Shown here piece after piece: positions 35,457 through 46,453 of a stretch of 64,000 nt of DNA; positions within the stretch are counted from its first letter, which is position 1; every line of letters starts with the position of its first letter. Source of the stretch: Minutocellus sp. GHC0000111 (lineage: Eukaryota). The notes beneath the pieces are model-generated. The model worked only from the letters and a program-made list of their open reading frames with translations. It was not told the origin of the DNA and ran no database searches. Made by a program: the position numbers and the translations under genes. The DNA is taken from positions 1,674,001 through 1,738,000 of the forward strand of contig OZ361260.1 in NCBI GenBank assembly GCA_977018835.1, given 5' to 3'.

Positions 35457-36302
35457 TCAATATCCCGGCTTCTCAATCATATCGTCTTCGTCTTCTTCTT
35501 TCATATAGACAGAGAAGTACTCATCGCCATTCGCCGAAAAGCCACGGGCAATCCAATATTCTCCATCGAACCATATAGACTCAATATAGGCCTCCCTCCC
35601 TTTCAACATGCCAAACAGCCCCGTGGGAACCTTGAGACCAAACACACCGGCACTGATATCTTGATAGACATATGTCAAAAGGCCTGGATTGAAGGGGCTG
35701 GCATCGACAAAGTAATTCGATTTGGCAGTGATCTCCTTTAAGCCCCAAACCTTTTCACTGAATTCTAACTTGTAATCCATTTGATTGCCGCGCTTGATAT
35801 CCAGGGTGATGGATGCCTCCCTTGGGAGATCGCCCATGGCAGCTGCATCGGTGGAAAATGCCAACTTCCATGTCCCGAGAAGTCGATCTGGATCAGCCAG
35901 TGCCTTGAGCGGAATTGGTGATGGAATTCTCATCACCACCTCCCGGACATATTGAGCGATTTCGTTCTTCTTTTCTTCATTCAAATTCCGAGCACTGACA
36001 CCGGCCTTCTTCATGGCCGATAACTGAAATCGCATTTCTTGCAACTCAAATTCACCAGTTGGCCTTCTGGGTGGAGGAGACGACGCTGTGTCGCTGTCGG
36101 CCGATCCAAATCCTTTTCCGACTTGCAATGTGGTGTCAACACTCGACCACGTCAGAGATCTACTTTTGCTGGCCACGGACCTTGTAGATGGCGGTGCAAC
36201 CCTGCCGATCGCAGGTGCGAATGAACACACATGTAGTGGTGCATGGAATCCTATCGAAAGCAGGAGGGATGCCGCGGCGAGTTTGGAGGGTGCGTTCTTC
36301 AT
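35457..36302 (-). CDS. Plastid-targeted PAP/fibrillin-like protein
   Basis: Start MKNAPSK, signal peptide followed by VCS-FAP. LLGTWKLAFST near the domain start and IESIWFDGEYWIARG at the end are typical of the fibrillin/lipocalin fold. Confidence 0.7.
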   Translation of the reverse strand: MKNAPSKLAAASLLLSIGFHAPLHVCSFAPAIGRVAPPSTRSVASKSRSLTWSSVDTTLQVGKGFGSADSDTASSPPPRRPTGEFELQEMRFQLSAMKKAGVSARNLNEEKKNEIAQYVREVVMRIPSPIPLKALADPDRLLGTWKLAFSTDAAAMGDLPREASITLDIKRGNQMDYKLEFSEKVWGLKEITAKSNYFVDASPFNPGLLTYVYQDISAGVFGLKVPTGLFGMLKGREAYIESIWFDGEYWIARGFSANGDEYFSVYMKEEDEDDMIEKPGY

Positions 36303-36444
36303 CTTGCTGGTATTTGTTATCGCTGGATGCTTTGCAATAAACACACTGTTAACAGAGGCGTCGTGAGGAGAATGTGCTCCATATGACTTGCTTGTGTCAC
36401 ACAAGAACTTGCTTCGTCAGCGGCGCAGTCAGGAGTGACTGTCA

Positions 36445-36484
36445 TGGTGGCGGGCTGTCATCGCGTGGCGGGCTGTCATCGCGT
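36445..36484. repeat. 18-bp tandem repeat in a divergent promoter
   Basis: gtggcgggctgtcatcgc x2. Confidence 0.8.
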
Positions 36485-36758
36485 CAGCACGCGGTGGGGT
36501 TTTGGCGCCACGGAGCGAGATAGATTTGCCTGCATACTCGTACAAGGTCGTGCCGCAGTCCCGAAATGGATCCCAGCCGCATCTGCTGCTGCTGCAGAAA
36601 ATCGATGGATTGACTTCCACTTCATCTGGTCGTGCTCCTTCCCACACCCGAAGAGAACATGTCGCCCCATTGCTTTCAAATTGATGCACTGCCTATTATC
36701 TCTAAGGAGGAAACAATTCCTCGATCGAAATTCCCACAATATCTTGATTTTCAACAAA

Positions 36759-37730
36759 ATGATTCTCCCACCAACCTCATTTCTTCTCGTGACAATGGCA
36801 TCCATTGTCTTGGCCCAAACTGCTGATGCCTTCATTGTAACATCGGCCCAGTCAGCCATCTCTACGGCGCCTCCACGTGTTGGTGCCATATCCAAAACGG
36901 AACTGTCAATGAGCAACCTCGGCGATAGAGCAAATCGAATCATCAAATCAAACATCAACCAGGTTGCAAACTCGCTAGAGAATCCAGAAAAGATTGTAGA
37001 GCAAGCCTTCGAAGATATGTCCAAAGATTTATCGAAATTGAGAGCATCGTACGCGGAAATATCTGCAGCCCAAAGAAAATTGATGAAACAGAGAGAAAAC
37101 ATGGAAGCAGAAGCCGTCAAGTGGTTCAACAAGGCCTCGCTGGCGCTCAAATACGAAAATGAAGATCTGGCTAGGGAGGCTTTGGTACGTAGACAGCAGC
37201 TCCTTGATTCTGCCAATGAGTTGCAGCATGATATTGATGCGCAGGCTCCCAACATCGATGCGCTATACAATGCTATGCAAGCTCTCGAATGTAAAATCGT
37301 CGAAACAAAGAACAAGAAGGAGCAAATCAAACTTCGAGCGAAACAAGCCAAACTAAAAAAGGATATCAATGACATGCAGAATGAAAAGATCAGTGGCGCC
37401 CTTGGGTCTCTCGAGGGGACGTCATCAGCCATGGCGACATTTGCTCGTATGCAAGAAAAGGTTGAAGCTATGGAGGCCGTGGCCGAGGCATCTGCCGAAA
37501 TGAACGAGATGCAAGATGAAAGGAATGCGATGATTAGTCCTACAGCCAAACAAGTAGACATGGAGTTCGAATTCAAAGCAATGGAAAAATCAGCTGCCGT
37601 AGATTCCGAGCTCGAAAAGCTAAAGGCAATGTTGGGGGAAATTGAAAAGAATCCTGGAACGTATGTTGTCACTCGCACCATAGATGGCAGTGGTGATGAT
37701 TCTGACGAAGAAGGCGAAGTTCGTCCCTAG
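36759..37730 (+). CDS. Plastid-targeted PspA/IM30/VIPP1-family protein
   Basis: Signal peptide followed by ADA-F. RIIKSNINQVANSLENPEKIVEQ, EDLAREAL, FARMQEKVEAMEA, VDSELEKLK. Confidence 0.92.
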   Translation: MILPPTSFLLVTMASIVLAQTADAFIVTSAQSAISTAPPRVGAISKTELSMSNLGDRANRIIKSNINQVANSLENPEKIVEQAFEDMSKDLSKLRASYAEISAAQRKLMKQRENMEAEAVKWFNKASLALKYENEDLAREALVRRQQLLDSANELQHDIDAQAPNIDALYNAMQALECKIVETKNKKEQIKLRAKQAKLKKDINDMQNEKISGALGSLEGTSSAMATFARMQEKVEAMEAVAEASAEMNEMQDERNAMISPTAKQVDMEFEFKAMEKSAAVDSELEKLKAMLGEIEKNPGTYVVTRTIDGSGDDSDEEGEVRP

Positions 37731-37840
37731 CTACGTAGTAAAGAGGACCAAGACGCCAGAATCAATGCACTCATGGACATGTATCCTTGTAATTAGATTA
37801 TATTAGCTGATACAAACTCGTTGCAATTGTTTGCATGTTT

Positions 37841-38655
37841 CTACAGAGGACCCTTGATCGGTGGCAGTTCCTTGAGATCCAAATAAGAGCAAATCTGCTT
37901 CAAAAGTTGCTCAGTTCCCTTCACTTCATCTCTTGTTCGCTCAAGATATTCATCGATTTGATCCTTGCTACCATTTGGGTTGGCTTCTCCCCAAGAACTA
38001 GTGTATGCCATCATGGAGCCATTATCGGCTATTTTAGGATAAATCGAGATGGAATACATGAAAAGAAGAGGAGAATGTGTGTCAGATGATGTTGGGACGC
38101 TTGCATCACTGGAGGTTCGACTCGAGTGAGGTAAGAAGCTTCGAAATAACCTCTTTTCGCAAAAAAAGCCAACGCAGCAACACCCGTCAGAGCCATCCAC
38201 GGAACTATCGACTTCCGACGAGAAGATGCGCCGCTTGAACGCAATATGAGCACGACGCAACCAACGATTGATTATCAAACGCAAAACTCACCTCTTTCAC
38301 GATATTTCTCAACAACCGAAAGATAATCCTCAAACGAGTCAGGGTCAACCAGCGGAGCAGCTCGAAGCATAAGATTATCAGCCTTGAATAGAGGATCTTC
38401 TGTGCTCTTGTATCCCAAGAATTCCTGTACACGGAGGGGTGTTCGGTCACAAAATCCTCCGCCTCCACCTTCCGTTCGTACCACCTGCTTGTCGTTGGGA
38501 TTGCTCCCACACTTGGTCGTGATTTCATCCCAATGGTCCAACAGATATCTTACACGCGCAAGGCCGAGCGGTAATCGTTCCAATTCCTTGGCCGATGGCG
38601 CTGCAGCTGCGACAGAAGGTTCAGGAAGTGAAGTCAACGCAGGAGCACCAAAAGA
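37841..38655 (-). pseudogene. Conserved algal (probably thylakoid-lumen) protein, 5'-truncated; exons ~38655-38292 and 38028-37841
   Basis: YLLDHWDE...LRVQEFLGYKSTEDPLFK...|ADNGSMMAYTSSWGEANPNGSKD. Intron 38029-38291. No ATG or presequence; there is an in-frame stop just upstream. Confidence 0.7.
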
Positions 38656-39593
38656 TTGCGGCCGAGCGCGGAGCCAGTGACAAGCTTACTTTTACGTCTA
38701 TTGATTTGCTCGATGTTGGTAGTATGGTGGAGGCCGGGAGAGGATGCGATGCTATGCTGCATCTCGCGACTCCCTTTACTCTCAAAACAGGTGGCAGCGA
38801 TCCGATCAAAACGATTGTAGAACCAGCAATTGCCGGGGCAACCAATGCCGTCGAGGCAGCCAATGTTTTGGGATTACAGCGTGTAGTGGCATGCGGTAGC
38901 ATCTTTGGTATGGTTGGCTCGGGATCTGAAAAGGGATTTGATCACGTTTATGGAGCGAACGATGTCAATGGTTTCAACACTCCCAAAGGTTGCAGCTATG
39001 CCTACAGCAAAATGGCAGCACAACAAAAAAGTATGGAGCTGGCGGCACAAAGCGGGGTTGATTTGGTCACACTCAATGTTGGGCAGGTATGCGGCCCAGC
39101 ATTATCTCCCGAACAGAACAATCCATCGTGGGAGCCATTCAAATTACTGGCCAGTCCGCAACCGGGAGGAGCTGTCTTGTCGTGCTGCGTCCCTGGACTT
39201 TGCGATGTGAGGGATGTTGCCGCTGCCCACGTGGCTGCTCTTGGATTACCCGCCAATAAGCAAGAGCCGCGACGATATTCAGTGGCTTCACAGAAGGCCA
39301 GCCCTACATATGTCGACATTGCACAAGCATACGCAGAGATTTTGCCAGAGAGAAATCTTCCAAAGAATGTCGAGGCTTTGCCTCTCAAAGTACAAAAGTT
39401 GGTCGTCAAAGGTATTAGCTTGGGAGACAAATCGCTGGGCGAGCTTTTGGAGGGAGTCACGATTCCTGAGGGCAAAACTTTGTTGGTCGATACCGACCCA
39501 ATGCTGAGGGATCTCGTCCCCCGCCCGAGAACCGTGAAGCAAACATTGAAAGACTGGTTTGATAATCAGGTTGAATTTGGGCACATTGCCTGA
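38650..39593 (+). pseudogene. NAD(P)-dependent epimerase/dihydroflavonol-reductase-like protein lacking its N-terminal Rossmann motif
   Basis: DLLD.GS..EAGRGCDAMLHLATP, IVEPAIAGATNAVEAA, YxxxK (YAYSK), LCDVRDVAAAHVAAL. No GxxGxxG. The ORF start at 38595 is antisense sequence of the neighbouring gene. Confidence 0.75.
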
Positions 39594-40097
39594 ATGCCTG
39601 AATGATGAGATGGTGGCAGAAGAAAATCACCTACCTGAAAGGGCATTTTAATTGCTAGGAATCGAAGATTTTACATTGAAAATAGGACCTATATTTGACT
39701 TACTCCGCTGAATTACATGTACAATCCATCTTGCAAGGCACCTTTATAAAGCTGTTATTGGCATTCGTTCGGAGAGGTTGATTCATTCGTTGTTCATTAT
39801 TGACTAACTCGACTCCTATAATCGCTCGTGTACTCCAAGTCGATGCCGCACTCAACGTGGCGGAGTGACGTGTTAGGGACGGGAGACGGAAAGACGATCT
39901 CATCCACGAGGACCACCCGTGTTGTTGCTTGCCCACTTGTGGGACCCGGACTTCGCCGCCGCACGTCGCCGTCGCACGAACCGCACCACGCCACGCGAGG
40001 AATCTTCGCTCGCTCTCGCTCCTCCACCGGATTTCCGCGGTCTCACTTTTTTCATTGATCTGCAATTCTACATCCACCGAAAAACTTCTACCCAACC

Positions 40098-41765
40098 ATG
40101 TCTGACGGTAAGGAACATCTCTCCCTCGTTGTCTGCGGCCACGTCGATGCCGGTAAGTCCACAACCTGCGGTCACTTGATCTTCAAGTGCGGCGGCATCC
40201 CCGAGCGTGAGATGTCCAAGCTCCAGGAGAAGGCCGAGGAGATGGGCAAGGCCTCGTTCGGCTTCGCCTACTTCCTTGATACCTGCAAGGAGGAGCGTGA
40301 GCGTGGTGTCACCATCCAGTGCAACACCAAGGAGTTCTACACTGAGAAGTACCACTACACCATTGTCGATGCCCCCGGCCACAAGGTAAGCACAATATTT
40401 TGCCCATAATTGTTTTCGCTCGTGGTCGCATAATAACCTATTAGAAATACCAATCGTGGAGGCGACCTCTTGGTCCGGAGCCGACCCCATAGGAACCACC
40501 AACCACACCAAATGCTTCCTGCACACATGTGCAATCGTTGGCTGTGGTGTTGGCGGTCGTTTGCTGCGGCGGTCGGTTCCAAATTTCCAGCACAAGATGT
40601 GATTTTTGCGTTCCGCATTTCTCTTTACTAAAATTTTTTCTTTTTCCGGTACCAATGACCAACTCGAATATTATGCACTCCCGCATCACAGGATTACATC
40701 AAGAACATGATCACCGGATCCGCCACCGCCGATGTCGGTCTTCTTCTTGTCCCCGCCGAGAAGGGTGGTTTCGAGGCTGCCATCGCCAAGGCCGATGCCA
40801 AGCTCGGTGTTGAGGAGGGCCAGACCCGCCAGCACGCCCGTCTCCTCTACCTCCTCGGTGTCGAGCAGATCATCGTTGGTATCAACAAGATGGACTCCTG
40901 CGGCTGGGACGAGGGCCGTTTCAACGAGATCAAGGACGAGTTCGTTAAGATGCTCCAGATGATCGGCTTCAAGCCCAAGAAGGTCCCCTTCATCCCCTAC
41001 TCCGGCTTCAACGGCGACAACCTCGTCGAGAAGTCCGACAAGGCCGCCTGGTACAAGGGATGGGAGGCCAACCGTGGCCCCAAGCAGAAGTTCACCGGCT
41101 TCACCCTCCTCGATGCCCTCAACAACTTCATCGTCCCCCCTGAGCGCTTCCCCGACAAGGCCCTCCGTCTCCCCGTGTCCAACGTCTACAACATCAAGGG
41201 TGTTGGTCAGATCATCGCCGGTACCATCGAGCAGGGTACCCTCAAGCCCGGTGATGTCATCGGCATCACCCCCGCTGGCCTCACCGGCAAAAAGATGTTC
41301 TCCATCGAGCAGCACAAGAAGGTCCTCGAGTCCGCCGGCCCCGGTAACTCCGTCGGTATGTCCATCAAGGGCGTCACCAAGGACGAGAAGATCTCCCCCG
41401 GTGACATCATCTACAAGGAGTCCGAGGGTGTCTGCCAGCCCGTCAAGACCTTCGCCGCCATGGTCGTCGTCCAGGAGCACCCCGGTGTCCTCAAGCCCGG
41501 TTACTGCCCCATCATCTTCTCCCGTACCGCCAAGGTCGCCTGCAAGATGACCAAGATCCTCTGGAAGCAGTCCAAGAAGACCGGCGGTGCCAAGGTCGAG
41601 AACCCCCCCGAGCTCTCCCAGTTCGAGTCCGCCGAGGTCGAGTTCGAGCCCACCGCTCCCCTCTTCCTCGAGCCCTTCGCCGAGTGCGCCGCCCTTGGCC
41701 GTATCGCCGTCATGGACTCCAACCGTCTTAAGATGCTCGGCAAGGTCACCACCACCACCCACTAA
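40098..41765 (+). CDS. EFL: Elongation factor-like GTPase (EFL); exons 40098-40385 and 40692-41765
   Basis: [49 protein letters not shown], and the EFL-type [23 protein letters not shown] segment. Very strong codon bias. Intron 40386-40691. Confidence 0.93.
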
Positions 41766-42074
41766 CTCCCGCCACCTTTTTCCAAAAAAAATGTGTGTAT
41801 TGTTAACGGGCTAACAAGCGTCTTTTGATTAGTATTAGAATTCATTCGTCATTATTTGCAGATCGATGATTTAATTCTAAAAACAGAAGTTAAACAATAG
41901 TTAGTGTCTACGTAGATCTAGTTTGTTGAGTTCCATGTGGCGCCAGATCTATCTACTCGAGACGAACGGTACCATGAGCTGACACACAATGAGATTATGG
42001 AATAGAAAATTTTCTCACTTCGTAGTGTTTCCTACGTACCAGTACCTAGCTAGGCACAGGCCGAGACAATAAAT

Positions 42075-42970
42075 CTAATACCAATTATCATTGTACGTGC
42101 CCTCTTCCTTCGAATATTCGATGAAACGATCCCTTGCTTCACTTCGCATTTCTTCACAAGCTTCCTGATGGGCTCGTTCAACTTCTTCGTACTCTGCCTT
42201 GGAGATTACATCGATTTCGAAGCATTTACTGAGCAATTCCATGGACATTTTACTACCGGCTGCTGCAGAGATTTGCCAGTGCGCCACAGCAAGCTTTTCG
42301 CGCCTCATCCTTTCGGTCGGATTGTGCATGGAATCCTCTAGTGTGTTGTGCTCGAAACATCCAAGATTGTGACGAGCGGCAAGATTTCCCCTCATTGCTG
42401 CTCGCTCAAAATACAACTTTGCCTTCTTTTCATCTCGTTCCAATCCCATGTCACCATTGCAGTGCCACGCACCAAGGTCTTCCAATGCATCGGCCGAACC
42501 GAGATCAGCGGCACGGCGAACAAGTTCCATTGCCTTCTCCTGGCCTGCCGGCAAGCCCAGATTACCATGGATGTAGTCATGTGCGAGATTTCTCATGGCA
42601 AACACGTCTCCTAGCTGAACTCTCTTTTCCAAGCGTCTCACTTCTACATGCTCCTCGTGTGGGCCAGGAAGTGGTGTTCTACAAAATGGGCAGGCACAAT
42701 CCAGCAACAAATCCCCTTAAGCTTTCCCTTCGTTGATCTTGTCAGTCGCATCTTGTTGAGCATGATGGCATCCTCCTCAAATTCTCTTGCCACAGCAGGC
42801 CATGTGCGGCATCATTGTTGCCTTGATGGGAAGAACAAGCACACACATGTCACAATTTGGCCTCGGCGGGGTCTGATCGAACAAGCCTGTTGTGGCTTCT
42901 TGATTGCTAGCGGCAGCAGTAGCATTTACGCCGTCCCTATCTGCGTCATTGCTGCAACCTGCCGCTTCTT
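42075..42970 (-). pseudogene. RING-like plus Sel1-repeat pseudogene (MYND-RING-Sel1 family)
   Basis: Frame reads LFDQTPPRPNCDMC...CCGKRI*GGC...GKA*GDLLLDCACPFCR followed by Sel1 repeats. Stops are TGA at 42777-42779 and TAA at 42717-42719. Confidence 0.85.
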
Positions 42971-43118
42971 AATGCACTTTGCCTGACTGTGTCGATCCTG
43001 TGTAAACGTTTACGTAGAAAATTGTCATGCATGTAGACATCTAGACTACCGGTAAATGTAACATGTAGCAGTAGTAGACCTAATAAATTATGAATGCATG
43101 CATGTAGTCTAATGCTTG

Positions 43119-44045
43119 TTAATGTTTACGCAAGGAACAAAAGACATGAAAAATACTGCATTGATTGCTTGAAGGCTGACGAATAACAAAGCTCGTGCTA
43201 TGAAACACCTGAGGACCAAACATGGAGTTCAGTCGGTGTTCCTCTCTAATAATGACGCCAGTCAATCTAAGTTTGCCATTGATTTTGAATGATAATTCGC
43301 TCAATTTGATGCCTATTAGAACGTAGCAGTCTTCATTCATGTCTTCCAATTCCTTGAGCCTTTTGTCATCAACACGCTTACCATTTTTTCTAATGGGGCC
43401 GAATTCTTTTGGGTTCCTCTCCATCTTCCCCTTTCGAAGTAGCTTGCATTCCTGCTTATGGCGCGTGCGCCAATGTTTAAGCTGTGAAATGAATGTCGTA
43501 CAAGTAAAGGCATTAGAAACGATCTAGCTACGTAGTAGGCTCGTGGGCACATGTAGGATTTCTACACGTACCACCAATTGGTAGGACAAAAGCAGATGCA
43601 TGAGGACAAACAATGACCCCGCGTTCACAAAAGCAAGCGAAGAATTCCAACTCACCTGACACTCTCTACTGCAGTACCACGCCCTTTTGCACTTCTGACA
43701 ATATTGAAGCATTCCATCAGGGCCCTTACCAGTCATTCGGCCACATGTCATGCATGCAGTGCTTGCTTCTTCGGGCACTTGAGCGATGACTTCTTTTTCG
43801 TTGGCGCTCCTTCTTCGGAAACCTTTGGAATTTTGGAGGAGCGTGACGGCAAGTTGCTCAATGAGCTCGCTAATGGCTGTATCTTCTTCCAAACTCATAT
43901 CTACTACTTCGCACAGAATGGAGGAGGCATCACGTGAGAAAGGTATCCTTCTTGCGATGTCTTTCGCAAGAAGGCATCTTTCCATCTCCAGTGCCTGCAT
44001 ACTCTTCGTCGATGTCTCATTTCCCGCAACCGTAACCCGCGCCAT
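43119..44045 (-). CDS. MYND zinc-finger protein (possibly the detached 5' half of the adjacent Sel1 pseudogene); intron 43482-43655
   Basis: CMTCG...YCQKCKRAWYCSRECQ|LKHWRTRHKQEC is completed by a GTGAGT...CACAG intron. Confidence 0.7.
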
Positions 44046-44114
44046 GTCACCATCGGGCAAACTTACTCGAAACCATACTTACTCTCTACTAGCTAGCTAC
44101 GCAGAGTCTAGAGT

Positions 44115-45291
44115 ATGCCAACCATGAAGTCCTGCACTGCCCTCGCTGTCCTCTTCGTCTCGGCCGTGTCCGCCGCCACATCCGCCACCGATGCTTCCGA
44201 GGTTGATGCGAAAAGGGCCATTTCCTTTACTACAACCGACCTGCTCCGGCTCGTCGGAACCACCGATCGGGTCAGGGCCCTCCTCTTCAAAGGGGGCCGC
44301 AGCAGCAGCAGCAGCAGCAGCCGCCGCCTCGCCGAACAAGGCGGCGAAGGTGGCCTCCGACTTCTCACCGGGACCGAAGGCGGCACTGACTCCTGCGAGG
44401 ACAAACTCGGCGAGTGTCGTGCCAACCTCGGCGCATGCCAGGCCGAGACCGACAACGATGGCGCAACCAACCTCTACGTGCAGATGGCTCAAACCTGCAA
44501 GCTCAAGCAGAAGACCGACGGCAAGGGCGAGCTTTACTACGAGTTGTCCTCCAAGGACATGGACGACGACACGTACCCCTTCACCGACCGTCCGTTCCGC
44601 GCCGCCAATACTGTCCCTACCAAGCAATTCGTCAAGAACTTCGGCGCGACCTTCAGTGAGGAGACCGGCGGCAGGCCCAACGCCGCCGTCACCTTCCGCC
44701 ACGCCGACGCCGACAACTTCGAGGGCCCGCTCATCGCGGTCTTCGTCGAGGCGGCGTATCGGAAGGACAGCGGCAAGTACGTGTACGAGCTGACGCAGAG
44801 CGAGGAGCAGGAGAAGGTCAACGCCCTCAAGGATTTCTTTCGCAAGGGCGATGGCAAGGACGACGGCGTCGTGGAGTATGAGATGTGCAGTTTGTTCATC
44901 GACGCAAACAAAAAATGCGATCCCGCCAATGTTGATTCATGCAATAATGACTTTTGCGTGTGGAAAGAGTATGAGAGCGACTGCGAAGCGTGTCAGTGCT
45001 ATGTTTCCGGGTACAGACAGGAGAAGACACCACCTTACTTTTGCGAGAAAAGTGCAAGAACAGGGAACAAGGCAAAATGTGTGAACAAGAGACCCGATGG
45101 TGATATCTGTCATGTCAGCTGGCAGTGCGCAGGTGGGTTGTGCAAAGATTCTACGTGTAAAAAACTTGGAGAGATAGGCGATCCGTGCGATTTTTCTGAA
45201 AATGAAAAAAGGATGGGGTACTCCTAAAAATTATGATTGTAGGAGCACGAGGTGCGGTAAGAAGAATAGATGTGTCTCTGCACAAGGCTAG
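44115..45291 (+). CDS. Secreted protein with an FTDRPxR/PNAA domain of unknown function and a Cys-rich tail
   Basis: Signal peptide, RRL site, LYVQMA...YPFTDRPFRAA...PNAAVTF. The Cys-rich tail continues GWGTPKNYDCRSTRC...QG* to 45291 if one A is removed from the run at 45205-45210. Confidence 0.75.
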
Positions 45292-45641
45292 ATGCGTTGA
45301 CTACTGGAGTTCACTATGAAATAGGATAATACTGCAAGCGTTGTTTTTATTCAATTGGCTTCACTAAGATGCACTTGCTCGAATTGTGAGCTCTACAAAT
45401 ATTCCAAACTGAGGAGGAATGGCCAAGAAGATGTCAACCATCCATGACAACTTGACAATACCCCTTTGACAATACCCCTTGACATCGGGAGCTATTCTAT
45501 TCCTGAGGCTTAATTACTCCAATGATATTTGTAGCCTGTTCAATGATCTTCTTGTAGCCTATCTCTATCAGATGGCATCTGTTCTAGACATGCCCTCGGG
45601 GCTATAGATCTAGTCCTACAAACACAGGCTTTAGGCTTCTA

Positions 45642-45939
45642 GAGCGTTTCCACGAGAGAGCCGACACCCCCTCCGCGATGTTTCGTAAATATTGTAACAA
45701 CTCGATTTTATTACACCATGTGTCTTAAAAAGGTGTTGTAGAGCATAATCAACAATAAAATCGAGTTGTTACAATGATCTTGGGGTGCTTTACTAACTAA
45801 CAAGTCGCTGGGTTTGGGTCCGAGATTTTGAGCTCGATCTAGTGGCTTCATTTTTATTGACGTGAAATTTTTCGCACAAAAATATTTTCTAGTGGCTACT
45901 ATTTTCAGTGATTTTGTCGGCGGTCTCGTGGAAACGCTC
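45642..45939. mobile_element. MITE (non-autonomous DNA transposon), 298 bp
   Basis: 25-bp TIRs GAGCGTTTCCACGAGA(GA/CC)GCCGACA at 45642-45666 and 45915-45939 (2 mismatches). TCTA flanks both sides (45638-45641, 45940-45943). Non-coding, AT-rich interior. Confidence 0.88.
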
Positions 45940-46453
45940 TCTAAGAATCCGGATCAATTATGTTTGTCACAAAAGTGTTGATAGCCGGCGCCCACACGGC
46001 GACCAAACTCTCTCCTACAGCTACCACAGCATGACAGTGCGACAACGGAGTGCTAGCAACATTAATGACTACGTGGTTGCTGCTGCTGTCGCAACAGCCG
46101 ATGCGTTGGATGTTCTTCAAGGTCTGTGCCGATGTGGTTGAAGGTCAGACCAACACACCCTCGCGGACAATGCATGCGCTGTTGTTGGATTTATGTTGCT
46201 TTTTGTCGGTTTTGGATTTGTTTTTCGATGGAATGCAAATGCACAAAGTAAACTCTCCTCCCCTCCTGCCCATGGGCACCCTCATGTTTGATGCGGGGTG
46301 GGCTCTGCCTGCTGTACAAGCCCGGATGATCCCTGCTCTTGCTGGTGGAGGCTGGCTCTGCTGCTTACTTTTCTTCCAACTCGGACGCGCTTCTGGATGC
46401 GTGGTGGTTGTCATCGAATGTGTAAAGAGACAGATGCTCAGGAAGGAGTTGTG

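Noticed and set aside
42777..42779. TGA at a conserved Cys as possible selenocysteine
   Set aside because: A TAA follows in frame 60 nt later, so simple pseudogenisation fits better.
45452..45484. 14-bp tandem repeat ttgacaatacccct containing TTGACA
   Set aside because: Simple slippage duplication. Bacterial -35 or CRISPR interpretations do not apply in this eukaryotic context.
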